A stretch of DNA of 64,000 nt. Source: Octopus vulgaris. Its lineage: Eukaryota. This document shows, in pieces, positions 50,074-62,728 of the stretch (position 1 is the first letter of the stretch; each line of letters opens with the position of its first letter). The DNA lies in assembly GCA_951406725.2 (NCBI GenBank), contig OX597815.1, positions 191,332,001 through 191,396,000 of the forward strand, written 5' to 3'. Position numbers and translations under genes: made by a program. The notes under the pieces are model-generated. The model ran no database searches and was not told where the DNA came from. It saw nothing but the letters and a program-made list of their open reading frames with translations.

Positions 50074-51473
50074 CTGGAAAAGAAAAACAAAGATTTTAAA
50101 ATAAATTTCTGAACATTACTAGATGTTTACATAAATTCCACATTGCCAATAATGGCTACTGTTGTACTAGGCGAATCCATAATGTAGTAAATAAGGAATT
50201 GGACCGCCAACTCTTTCGTCAAATAAATCGATATCTACTAATAGATGCAGCATGGCTGTGTGGTAAGAAGCTTCCTTCCCAACCACATGGTTCTGGGTTC
50301 AGTCCCACTGTGTGACACCTTGGGCAAGTGTCTTCTACTATAGCCTCAGGCTGAGCAAAGCCTTGAGAGTGGATTTGGTAGACGAAAACTAAAAGAAGCC
50401 CGTCGTATGTATATATGTGTGTGTGTGTGTGTGTGTGAGGGGAGTGTATTTGTGTATGTGTCTGTGTTTGTTTCTCCACCCCTACCATCACTTGACAACC
50501 GATGTTGGTGTATTTACATCCTCATAATTTAATGGTTCGGCAAAAGAGACCTATAGAATAAGTACTAGGCTTACAAAGAATAAGTCCTGGGGTCGATTTG
50601 TTTGACTAAAGGTGGTGCTCTAGCATGGCCGCAGTCAAATGACTGAAGCAAGTAAAAGAATAAAAAAATAACAACTATTGAGACGAAAAAAAAACACAAA
50701 TACCAAAAGAAACACAAAAAGCACTTGAAGATACACAGAAATTGGCTGAGTGGGAATCAAGTATTTCAGGATACTACTACTACTACTACCACCACCACCA
50801 CAACAGCATCATCATCATCATTATTAATGCCTGTCTTCCATGCTGGCATGGGTTGGACAGTTTGACAAGAATAAGATATACTGGCAAATTAATTAAGGCA
50901 CAACATTAAAAAATAAAAATTGTTGCTTCAAGACCACAACCACACACATTAAACATAAAAGGCACATTGCCCAGACATTGCTAGGGCACTGCTCAAAATG
51001 CAACAAGCAAGGCACATTGCTTACACATTTCAAGCAATGCATTGCCTATGTATTGCAAGCAACACAAATTGCTTCACATTTGCAAGCAAGGCACAGAGCT
51101 CCTATATTACTCAGGCATTGTCTGCAAAGCATAATACTCCTGCACTGCAAGATAGATTGTGCAGTCAATGCAAGCATGGCACATTGTTCTCTTACAACAA
51201 AAAATGAAACCAGAAGTTATGGTTTTCATTTTGTAATTGATTGCCTGATATTATGAGTAATTTTTGTGCAATAATTTCCAGCTGATCTGAGTTGATATAT
51301 ATTCCATATATATATAAGGCATAGGAGTGACTGTGTGGTAAGTAGCTTGCTTACGAACCACATGGTTCCGGGTTCAGTCCTACTGCATGGCACCTTGGGC
51401 AAGTGTTTTCGACTATAGCCTCAGGCCGACCAAAGCCTTGTGAGTGGATTTAGTAGACGGAAAATGAAACAAG

Positions 51474-51480
<7 letters not shown>

Positions 51481-51569
<89 letters not shown>
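51481..51569. repeat. (TA)n-(TG)n microsatellite inside a family A SINE
   Basis: Direct reading. Other long (TA)n tracts at ~9333-9382, 48218-48272 and 63868-63913. Confidence 0.95.
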
Positions 51570-52233
51570 CATATGTTTGTGTGTCTGTGTTTGTTTCCCC
51601 CCAACATCGCTTGACAACCGATGCTGGTGTGTTTACATCCCCATAACTTGGCGGTTCGGCAAAAGAGACCGATAGAATAAGTACTAGGCTTACAAAGAAT
51701 AAGTCCCGTGGGTCGATTTACTCGACTAAAGGCGGTGCTCCAGCATGGCCACAGTCAAATGACTGAAACAAGTAAAAGAGTAAAAGAATAACCATTTGAT
51801 ATATTGGTAGCTAATGTTGTGACACTAGATACTTGGCCAAGACATTTAACTTTCAAATGGTCCAGTCCACCTAGCCAACTTTACAACTGAAAAGTGTTTT
51901 GCTAGTTTGCAGTTATGATTTCACCATAAAAAAAAAAAGCTTTGCAGTTCAGCTTGCAGAGGAATAGACAGAGGTAAACATTTTCAGAGCAGTGACCCAA
52001 CAACCCACTAAAATCTTTATTCTAACAGTTCTAGGTAAGATCATATTTGCGTGGTTGACATTAAAAAAAAAACACATTCATAACAGGAGTGGCTGTGTGG
52101 TAAGTAGCTTGCTAACCAACCACATGGTTCCGGGTTCAGTCCCACTGCATGGCACCTTGAGCAAGTGTCTTATACTTGCCGACCAATGCCTTGTGAGTGG
52201 ATTTGGTAGACGGAACCTGAAAGAAGCCTGTTG

Positions 52234-52305
<72 letters not shown>

Positions 52306-52450
52306 TCCCCCTAGCATTGCTTGACAACCGATGCTGGTGTGTTTACGTCCCGGGGTCGATTTGCTTGACTAAAGGTGGTGCTCCAGCATGGTCGCAGTCA
52401 AATGACTGAAACAAGTAAAAGAATAAAATAACAAATCCAAAACGACATAC

Positions 52451-52516
52451 CTGAATACCTCTTTGTGCAGTAATCACCAAAATAGTTCTCTGGATACCTA
52501 ATGTTACCCATTTGGC
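52451..52516 (-). CDS. WDR54: WDR54 exon 2 (AKWVTLGIQRTILVITAQRGIQ)
   Basis: TTTTCAG| and CAG|GTATGT borders, RGIQ motif. Confidence 0.92.
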
Positions 52517-52583
52517 CTGAAAACAAAAAACAGAAACATCACATTGAGTTAACATTGCACAGCAGGCTTTGACACTTTAGCAT

Positions 52584-53013
52584 TTAACCCTTTCGTTACT
52601 GTATTTATTTTGAGATGCTCAGTGTTTCTTTCAATTACTTTAACTATAACAAAGAGTTTAATAAAATAACTTAGTTATCATTCAGCTAGTGTCAGGAACA
52701 TAAATTGTGAATAAGGTTTGGTGGAAGATTTTAATTCAGAACTTATGAAAACAAGACATTTATACTACAGAGCCAGAGGCAGTTTCAGCCAGGTTGGTAA
52801 CGAAAGGGTTAAATTAATCATTTGTTAACCCTTTTGTTACCATAAATATAACAAAGAATTTAGTAAAATAGCTTAGTCTACATTAAGCTAGTGTTAGGAA
52901 CATGAATTTTGACTAAGGTTTGGTGGAAGATTTTAATTCAAAACTTATGAAAACAAGACATTTGTACTCAGAGCCAGAGCCGGTTTCAGCCGAGTTGGTA
53001 TCAAAAGGGTTAA
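52584..53013 (+). mobile_element. piggyBac-type MITE dimer nested at a TTAA inside a second MITE family
   Basis: The host MITE sequence CTTTAGCATTTAA|ACTGGCCATATC (contiguous at ~14810-14835) is split here, with TTAA on both sides of the dimer. Confidence 0.8.
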
Positions 53014-54185
53014 ACTGGCCATATCTGGTCAAAATATTCGGCCTACTTTATGTTCAAATTGGCCAGATCCTGCCTCTCACATTTACCCTCCAATGTCATT
53101 CTAAAAGCAAACAATCACATCATTGAAATCTCAATGCTATGATATCGTGCATGATTAATTCAAAGCAGTATGAATAAATAAGTATTACATTTGACCAAGT
53201 AATCTGAATGCTAAAGAGTTAAAATGTATTCTTACAAACTGTGTTCAGCCAATTATCATTATCATCATTATATAACGTTCATTTTCCATGCTGGCATGGG
53301 TTGGACAGTCTGACAGGAGGTGATCAGCTGGAGACCTGCACCAGGCTCCAATTGACTGTTTTGGCATGGTTTCTATAGCTGGATGCCCTTCCTAATGCCA
53401 ACCACTTTATAGAGCGTACTGGCTGCTTTTTACATGGCACCAGCACCAGTGCCTTATATGTGACATTGTCACAGGTGCTTTTTACGAGGCACTGGCAGTG
53501 GTACTTTTTATGTGGCACTAAAAAGGTGTTTTTTTTACATAAAAAGTACCACTTGAGCATGGCTGTTGCCAGTACTGCCTGACTGGCCCTCATGCCAGTG
53601 GCACGTGAAAAGCATCCACTACACTCTCAGAGTGGTTGACATTAGGAAGGGCATCCAGCAGCAGAAACTCTGCCAGATCAGATTGGAGCCTGGTGCAGCC
53701 ATCTGGTTCACCAGTCCTCAGTCAAAATCGCCCAACCCATGCTAGCATGGAAAGCGGACGTTAAACGATGATGATGATGATGACATCCTAACAAATTGGA
53801 AGGATACACAGAATAGGTTTGTCCAAGATATAATGTTTCTGAAAATGAAGGCATGATCCAAGCTGCGTGTGATCCTAAGTCTGGTCAGTTATAGATGACC
53901 TGGTGCTAAACAACACAAAACCTTAAGAAGGGCAGCCCTAAAGACTAACACACATGACATTTGGAAGAGCCATAATATAAAGAGTGCAACAAAGCAGACT
54001 CCATATTATTCAGCAGGAAGGCAAGGTGGCATATTGATGTACTAAAGAAGCATCATTGCATATTAAGTATAGAACAGGTTGATTTTAGTGATCCAATTAC
54101 AGTGCTACGTATACAGGTGTCAATCAAAAGATGTAGACTGTAATACAATCAACAAACACAAAGATTACCAGCACAATTTTTACCT

Positions 54186-54880
54186 TTAACCCTTTCGTTA
54201 CTGTATTTATTTTGAGATGCTCTGTGTTTCTTTCAATTAATTTTAAATACAACAAAGAATTTAGTAAAATAACTTAGTTATCATTCAGCTAGTGTTAGGA
54301 ACATAAATTGCTACTAAGGTTTGGTGGAAGATTTTAATTCAAAACTCATGAAAACAAGACATTTGTACTACAGAGCCAGAGCCGGTTTCAGGGTTAAATT
54401 AATCATTTGTTAACCCTTTTGTTACTGCATTTATTTTGAGATGCTCTGTGTTTCTTTCAATTAATTTTAAATACAACAAAGAATTTAGTAAAATAACTTA
54501 GTTATCATTCAGCTAATGTTAGGAATATAAATTGTGACTAAGGTTTGATGGAAGATTTTAATTCAGAACTTATGAAAACAAGACATTTGTACTACAGAGC
54601 CAGAGCCGGTTTCAGCCGGGTTGGTAATAAAAGGGTTAAATTAATCATTTGTTAACCCTTTTGTTACCATATTTCTGTTGAGATGCTCTGTGTTTCTTTC
54701 AATTAATTTTAAATATAACAAAGAATTTAGTAAAATAACTTTGTTATCATTCAGCTAGTGTTAGGAACATAAATTGTGACTAAGGTTTGGTGGAAGATTT
54801 TAATTCAAAACTCATGAAAACAAGACATTTGTACTCAGAGCCAGAGCCGGTTTCAGCCGGGCTGGTAACGAAAGGGTTAA
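54186..54880 (+). mobile_element. piggyBac-type MITE trimer
   Basis: Three TTAACCCTTT...GGGTTAA units joined by ATTAATCATTTG at 54398-54409 and 54640-54651. Confidence 0.8.
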
Positions 54881-57800
54881 TCATGTTGATATATCAAAAT
54901 CAAAATCAAAATCAAACCAAATCAAATCAGATATCAGAAAGCAGAACCAAAATCGAAGTCGATCAACATCAATGGAAATTGCAGCTGAGGTTAAGCGAAC
55001 CATCCGATCGTGGCTGTTGCCAGCGCCGCCCCGACTGGCCTCTGTGCCGGTGGCACGTAAAAAGCACCATCCGTTTGTGGCCGTTTGCCAGCTCCGTCTG
55101 GCACCTGTGCAGGTGGCACGTAAAAAGCACCCACTACACTCACGGAGTGGTTGGCGTTAGGAAGGGCATCCAGTTGTAGAAACACTGCCAGATCAGACTG
55201 GAGCCTGATGCAGCCTTCTGGCTTCACAGACCCCAGTTGAACCGTCCAACCCATGCTAGCATGGAAAGCGGACGCTAAATGATGATGATGATGATGATGA
55301 TGATATCATACTTTTTCACCTGGGCCAAGCAAACGGAACATAAAACACAGGTAAATGTTTTCAGTGAATCCTCCAGTGGACTCTTGTGGGTCCATTAGTG
55401 GGCCATGGCTTCACAATATTTAGCAAATGAAATAACAATCTCCAATAAATATAACAGCAGTCATCAGTGAATGAACTGCCCACGTGATGTGGTACCAATT
55501 CCTGATAGTAAGATCACGTGAAATACATAGAATTTAGTTTGCCCAGGTGCAACATATCTCAGTGGATCTTAAACCAAAATCTATGATTGTCCGTTATTTA
55601 TATCTATTTAACCATTTTGCTTGTATAGTTAAAAATAGCTTTATCCCCTACTCTTTATGGTTGAATAGCTGTCACCAAGAATTTGTATTTAGTTGTAAAA
55701 TTCCTTCAAACTGCCTGAAATAGCAACAACATATTTCTTACATATCATACCCAACCTTGTTAAAGAAAGAAAGACATACTAGATAATGATGAAGAACTAG
55801 AAGCTAAGACAAACACTAGTTTGGAGGGGGGAAATAAGTAGACTTGTTAACACTACAGTGTCTTTAATCGAAGGGCTACTTGATCAGAGCTGACCTGGGG
55901 TTTAACAACAGCACAAGTCTAATCTATGTCAGCATTTTAAAATGTTTGTTTTGACATATATCATCATCATCATCATCATCGTTTAACGTCCGCTTTACAT
56001 GCTGGCATGGGTTGGACGGTTGACTGAGGACTGGCAAGCTAGAAGGTTGCACCAAGCTCCAATCTGAACTAGCATATATATACATATATATAATAGTGGT
56101 AGCTGGTGGTAAGACTAAGAACATCAGTGTTGAACGTGTTAGTCTATGTGTACTGAGAAACCGATTAATGACTGCGCCGAGAGAACAACTTTATAAATAT
56201 TACCAATTGATAGAGAATGTGCAACAGCTTCTATCTCAAAGGTGTCACAAAAAATGTATTCAGAAATATCTTCTTTAAAATCTGATATTACCTGAACATT
56301 GCACAATTTATATATTGCATAATTTATGGTAAGTTAGAGAGTCAGGTGCTTTAAGTTCATAGGTTGAACTTATTTCATACAATTCTATATATATAAAAGT
56401 TTTAGGTAACCAAAAGTAACTAATTATCCATAAAACGAATCAACTAAATACCTTATAATTAAGCATCTGGTATATTATTACTAGTTAAACTTTTTTTTCA
56501 TTTGGGTTAATTTTTTAAAAATTGAATTTAAAATTTAAAAAAACCAAATCGATAACGTTCAAGAAATTTAGGCAAATATATATTAATACACGCACACAAC
56601 TGCATATATAAGCATATACATACACATGTATACATGATTGCATGTATGCATGCATGCATACATACATAATACATATTCATGTCTGTAAATATTACTAAAG
56701 ATATCTAATTTTATTAAAATTTCCACTGTAGTTCATGTCTATGAAACGATTTCTCTCTATGAAAAAATTTTAAATGATGTGTGATATATTACTAACAATC
56801 CCCCCCCCCCACCTTACAAGAGCTTAAAGAATCGTTTCCAAGAAATGACGATGTCAGTTAATTTACAGGCGAAAATAAAATTTAATAAAGTCCAAAATTC
56901 GAAAACTCATTCAGAACACGACCACATCTGTTTAACATTATTAACAAGTAATTTGATTTGGTAATTATAGAAATTTGAAAATTCTAATCGATTAATCAAC
57001 ACAAGAACTAATTCTCTCTAAAATAATGGTTCGAACATTATCCAAACAAATTTTGGACAAAGTGAAAGAGACTACCAATATATATATATAAAGACAAGGC
57101 AGCACAAAGAGAACCGAGCATATGTAAAAAGTAAAATAGTAAAAATCTGATTGTAGTCACACTCAACTACGAAGAGCATGACTGAAAGTTGAGGTTGATG
57201 TAAGCGGAGTAAAAGAGTGAAATTAGAGGCAAAAAATCGCTCTACAGGGAAAATGTGATAGTAGCAAAAGTATGACCAAAAGCGGAACGATTGAATGAAA
57301 GTCGAACAAATATTTTTCCGATAAAAATTCCATAGCAATAGTTAAAGTATCGAACGAGACAAGTTGAAAAGACATTTCCTAGAACCACTGCTTTCTATAG
57401 CTGTCTCGTGATTTTAAATCCTGCTAGTAGATTGTAAATCCTGAAAATGTAACTAACTAGACGATAAATTTTAGGAAAGAAAGACTTTTCTTATATATCA
57501 AATGTATTCATTCTAGTATATAAAATTACTGATCGCTGTTACAGGAGATAGAGAGGGTGTTTCGACATTAGAAAGCAATCTAAATGTATACGATATTCTA
57601 CTGAACATAAAATAGGTATCTTTTCTAAGTGGCATTTATTATAACAAAGAATTATAAACAAAAGAATTTTGGTAAAAACGGTGCGAGGTGGGGAGGAGGG
57701 GGGAATGTTTCCATAATTGGAGCCATGGATCGATATTGTGTTAGCTAGTAGATAGTCTAAAATAAATAATTCTTGGTTGTAATATTCAAAAGCACACACA

Positions 57801-58317
57801 CACACACACATATATATATTATATGATAAACTAAGGCTTCATTGCGTAATGAATGAGTGTGAACTGGAGTTGGATGAGAAATGGCAAACGCTAATAAAAC
57901 CAAGTAGAATGCAAAGTGACTGAGAATATATCAAAGAGGTACCAAATTCTAAATATAAATGCAAATTCCCCTGTCATCCTGGTCGCGAAATAGGAATACT
58001 TTTAAGGAATTTATATTACATACAATTCTTTTAACTTGACAAAGGTGTACAAATAATATTACAATCTATAATGGTATGCATTTAACATACATTCTCTACA
58101 TGCACTCACGTGCACGTACACACACACACAAGCATATACAGTATATACATACAAATACATTTACACATACATACACAATACATCCACCCATACATACATA
58201 CATGCATACATACATACATTCATTCATTCATTCATTCATCCATTCATTTTTTTTTTATTACGTTTCTTTTCCAACTTGTTAATAAATAAATAAGGGTGCA
58301 AGGGTTTTTTTTTTTAC

Positions 58318-58557
58318 CTGCATGACAGTCTGCATAGAGCTACCTGGCACCGATGGATCCTTGAAATAAATTTGCTTGCTCGTTACCATGGAGCCGTCAA
58401 GAGAAGCTGTCACGATGTCAACCAGAGTTTTGTGTACGATTCCATAACGAACAGAACTTTCGGACAGAAGCACTTGTACGGTCAAGTTATTACTAAGTAA
58501 AGAAGCACTGTGCTTAGATTTCAGAGACTTTTCTTTCTTGTATAGTTCGGTACTCAT
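58318..58557 (-). CDS. WDR54: WDR54 coding exon 1 (MSTELYKKEKSLKSKHSASLLSNNLTV...QTVMQ)
   Basis: AACATG start at 58557, CAG|GTAAAA donor, SAxxLxNNL and YGIVH motifs. Confidence 0.88.
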
Positions 58558-59121
58558 GTTGGCAAAACGATTAGAAAAGCTCACAGATCTCTCATGAAAA
58601 CCTGGAACATTCCTGACCAACGTCTTCACACAGCTTCCACTGCTTCTTCTAATTCTTTTTTAAATATATATAGATATATATTTTTTTTTATACGTACGTA
58701 TATAACACTGAATGTAGTTGTCTAGTAACTCGGCAATTTGACACAATCAATGCATTAATTAATATTATTCTGCAATTAGGAGTGTCAGTGATAAAGACTA
58801 CACAAAGTTGGTTGCAGACACATCACAAGAGCGATTTGTTGTTGTTGTTGTTAACAGTGCATATGACCCAACTGCAAGCACGCAAGCGACACATTACTTG
58901 CAGAATAGAAATTAATTTATGAGTTACAAAATTATTATTTTCTTAGCATCGAATTTAAATCAACAGAGATATAGATATTTTAACCGCATGTTTTGCTATG
59001 AATTTAAAAAATTTAAATATCTCGTTGTGATATAAAATTAAATGATATTAAGGCTAAAATATTTTTGTTTTATTTTGCAAGTACATAAGCGGTTGAAATT
59101 AAAAGTTGCTCCGATGACAAC
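58558..59121. promoter_or_regulatory. Putative bidirectional promoter and 5' UTRs between WDR54 and the FAM204A-like gene
   Basis: 564 bp lie between the divergent ATGs. The region is free of interspersed repeats and retains CpG relative to the gene bodies. Confidence 0.55.
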
Positions 59122-59160
59122 ATGGAGAAGCCAGCCAGTGTTCGCACCGACCTGTGGGAG
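59122..59160 (+). CDS. FAM204A: FAM204A-like coding exon 1 (MEKPASVRTDLWE)
   Basis: AACATGG start, GAG|GTATAT donor. Joined to the next exon it gives EKPASVRTDLWEKFKRLEKK, resembling the recalled human FAM204A segment [20 protein letters not shown]. Confidence 0.6.
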
Positions 59161-60229
59161 GTATATGTCAAATGTCTTTTTATTCACTTCATTAAACGTT
59201 TTTTAATAAATCATAAATTAAAAATTACTTCGAAAGCATTAATAAATTTTAAGATGCATTTTTGTGGACTGGTTATAAGTTGAAATTTTTGCCGATCGTA
59301 AGCAAAGCATTTTAATATTAAACAGATATGAGGTACGTTTTCACTTAATTATTTCTTAGTGTCCCGAATAATGGGATGTATTTCCACATAATTTATGATA
59401 AAATGAATTCATCATGAAATATGAAATGTATTAACTATTGAAAGATGGCAATTCCTTTCCTAACCAGCAGAACTATAGGTGTTTAAACTCCTGACTTTGT
59501 GTCTTTATAACTTTCTGAGAAACGCATATTTTATTTTTTAATAAAATATTTCACAAATATGTTTCGGATGGTGTGGATTACAGTTATATCAAAATTTAAT
59601 ATGAAAATGTTATTATTTTTTTTCTTTTTCGTTTGGGTGGGGACAGAAAATTCACACCTCATCAAAATCTGTAGAAACAAAATAAACCGAGGTGTGTAGA
59701 TTATCCGACCTCCCCTCCAACTTTGTTTTTCCACATCAGATTCATAATGTACACCATCTGAAACGTATTTGTAGAAAATTCTATTTTAAAACATTCATTT
59801 TTCAGAAAGTTACAGAAATCAAGTCATGAGTGGTGAATTATCCGAAACCCCCACACACAAATATACACGCACGCCTCTGAAACATTTTTCCCAACTAATT
59901 TCCTTATAATCATAATCTACACTATAAGAAAAAATATACATTTTTCAGAAAGTTGTGAAGAAACGAAATCAGTACCATTGGGGTATATATCTGAAGTTAT
60001 GCCAAATTTTAATGGTCGATTAGCCAAGGTTTAAAAAAAATTCAATGAAACTAAAGATATCTTCAACAAATAAATTACTCTTTTATAACCTGTACTAATC
60101 TTTACTTTAAATAAAAACAAAATGTTTATTATACAAATGTAGATTTAGCATTAGGGATGTGAAGTTCATTTGAAATCAGTTCATTTAGCTTATAATGATT
60201 CATATATAGTGGTTTAATTTGGTGGTAGA

Positions 60230-61230
60230 GGCTGGACCCAAGCTCTTCACAGGCCCCAGGAAGCATCATGTCAATATGGTTGCTCTTGAACAATATAGAC
60301 ATTACCAAGATGGCAATCAAGTGCAGACAGTTGGCAAGGTGGATACTAAGGTCCTTCAAGACAAGAAACCATGTTGATCCTGTGGAAGATCTTTGTTCCC
60401 AACCACCTGGGCTACTGCTCTTAACTATAGTCACTACATAGTGCTAAACTAACAGCAGAGCTTGAAGCGATCCAATGCTACTACACTAAAAAGATTGTAA
60501 AAGTGCAACAGATGAATTACAGGGAAAGGCTGAAAAAAACTACAGCTTTATTCCCTGGAGCAAAGACACTAGAGATATGCTATAATCTCATCATCATCAT
60601 CATTTAGCGTCTGCTTTCCATGCTAGCATGGGTTGGATGGTTCAACTGGGGTCTGGGAAGCCAGAAGGCTGCACCAGGCCCAGTCTGATCTGGCAATGTT
60701 TCTATGGCTGGATGCCCTTCCTAACGCCAACCACTCCGTGAGTGTAGTGGGTGCTTTTTACGTGCCACCAGCACAGGGGCCAGGCGATGCTGGCAACGGA
60801 TACGATCGGATGGTGCTTTTTACGTGCCACCGGCACGGGGGCCAGGTGAGGCTGGCCACGATTGGATGGTGCTTTTTACATGCCACCGGCACGGAGGCCC
60901 GTCAGAACGGCACTGGCAACGGCATGGAAAATTATGGAAGGGTTAGCACCTAATTTTGGCATCAAGTGTTATATAAATGCCTAAACTGGATACCATTATG
61001 TTGTACCAAAGGTACTGTCCACCCAATCTAAAGCCAGGACCAGGTACTGCAATAGTTTAGGGCTATTCAATGCTCTGCCAGAAGAATTAAGAAACCTATG
61101 TAATGTGGATGCCTTCAAAACGGAACTGGTCATTCTCCTGTCGATGATAACAGATGAACCAACATGCCAGCATGAAGTACAGATGAGAGCAGCAGTGTCA
61201 AATCCCCTCATGCACCAGATGGGCCAACAA
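60230..61230 (+). mobile_element. Old CR1/L2-group LINE 3' fragment interrupted by a family B repeat
   Basis: MNYRERLKKLQLYSLEQR.*RYAII before the insertion and LFNALPEELRNL...FKTEL...DEP after it. Confidence 0.65.
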
Positions 61231-61471
61231 GCAAGGGGGAAAAGCACATGCAGGAGTGGTAGTATGAAATCCCACTACGCAGAAGAAATTAGCTAAACAA
61301 CAAAGATGTGGAAAAAGTGCAAAATCACAGTGATGCTTCAGCATGATTGCCAGCCAAAATTGCGAGGATGATCCGGTTCTTGACTGAAGATTGAAGGCTT
61401 CGAATGTCACATCCGTGTTTTTTGTAGTGTCTTCTAAATGTTTTACGTTCTTGTCCCAGTTTGTATTTTTC

Positions 61472-61503
<32 letters not shown>

Positions 61504-62366
61504 AAATGCAATAACCTGACAAAGGAAGTGAGTTCATGGCTCGCAGGACGGCCTGCTGTGCTAACCTTGGATCGTAGGGTGACCTACTGTGCCTGAAGAG
61601 ACCTATTGAGTCAAGTACATCGACATCAAAATAAAAATCAAATGGAAATTGTAGTTGTGATACCCATGCCGATGGCATGTAAAAAGCACCATCCAAGCGT
61701 GGCCAATGCCAGCGCCGCTTTGACTGGCATCCGTGCTGGTGACACGTAAAAAGCACCCACTACACCCACAGAGTGGTTGGCATTAGGAAGAGCATCCAAC
61801 TGTAGAAACCCTGCCAGATCAGACTGGTGCCTGGTGCAGCCTCCTGGCTTCCCAGACCCCAGTTGAACCGTCCAACCCATGCTAGCATGGAAAACGGACG
61901 TTAAATGATGATGATATATATATATATATATATGCATATACATATGCAGTATTTCATCTAAGGGAGGTCCCTCTGAAGATATGTTAAAAAACAAACTTAG
62001 GCAAAAAAAGGTTGCCCTAGAAATGATCAAGGATGACAGATATTTAGCAGTTTTTGCTACTCAATGGTGTTGTGTACTTACCTCACCCCTGAAACGAATT
62101 TGGAATACCCAGTAGAAGAATTATCTTTTATTTGTTTCAGTCATTAGATTGTGGCCATACTGGGGCACCACCTTGTTTATAAGATATGTCTGTCTTGTAA
62201 GAAATCTAAATAACTTGATGGTCTTTGGGATCATGCTGAAGATTTAAATTTTTTTTGATTAAATGTTGTTTTTTGGTACATCTTTTCTTTTTCTTTTTTT
62301 TTTTTTTGTTTTGGTTATGGTAATAGACATCACAAATTCATAATTGAAATTCCTTATCATTCGCAG

Positions 62367-62454
62367 AAATTTAAAAGGCTGGAAAAGAAGACAGATGATT
62401 TATTGAATAAACATTCAAAACCAAAAGCCAAAACTTCAGAAGATGACAAGAAAG
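62367..62454 (+). CDS. FAM204A: FAM204A-like exon 2 (KFKRLEKKTDDLLNKHSKPKAKTSEDDKK)
   Basis: TCGCAG| acceptor, G|GTGAAG donor, open in phase 0. Confidence 0.65.
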
Positions 62455-62564
62455 GTGAAGTTCTGCTTTTCAAATTTGATCAGTGAAATAGTTTTCAAAA
62501 TATTTTTAGCTTCTTTTTATGTTTTGTTTTCAAAATTTTATTTTATTTTTTTACTTTAATTTAG

Positions 62565-62673
62565 AGGATGGAAGTGAAAAGCTCCCGGATTCTTCCATTA
62601 CTTCTCAGAAAAATGTAAATTCTCTTGAAGAAAAACCTTCAACTGATAATGAAGAAATTCAAAACTGTAAAAC
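62565..62673 (+). CDS. FAM204A: FAM204A-like exon 3 (EDGSEKLPDSSITSQKNVNSLEEKPSTDNEEIQNCKT); gene continues beyond the window
   Basis: T-rich tract with TTTAG|, |GTAAGT donor, open and in phase with the previous exon. A further acceptor candidate is TATAG| at 63983. Confidence 0.65.
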
Positions 62674-62728
62674 GTAAGTTTACTTAATAATTTTTCTACA
62701 TATGTTTTTTTTTTCATCTGTGAACATA

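Larger units (their letters stand above)
38543..58557 (-). other. WDR54: WDR54 gene span (start to stop), 9 coding exons, 332 aa WD40 protein
   Basis: Exons splice in frame to 999 nt. Matches the recalled WDR54 pattern: SAS.L.NNL, RGIQ, RGIAA...CVG, GYGSG, AHxR.I.A.D.A, LSAGEDSFV..W, TAYD..EI. Confidence 0.9.

Noticed and set aside
56810-57450. Possible extra non-coding first exon on - (donor-like GTAAGG near 56817, CpG-rich)
   Set aside because: CpG retention is explained by proximity to the WDR54 promoter. There is no ORF or partner acceptor evidence.
61365-61420. Further hammerhead candidate (CTGAAGA...TTCGAATGTC) near (TA)n
   Set aside because: The GAAA core is absent and the stems could not be assigned convincingly by eye.
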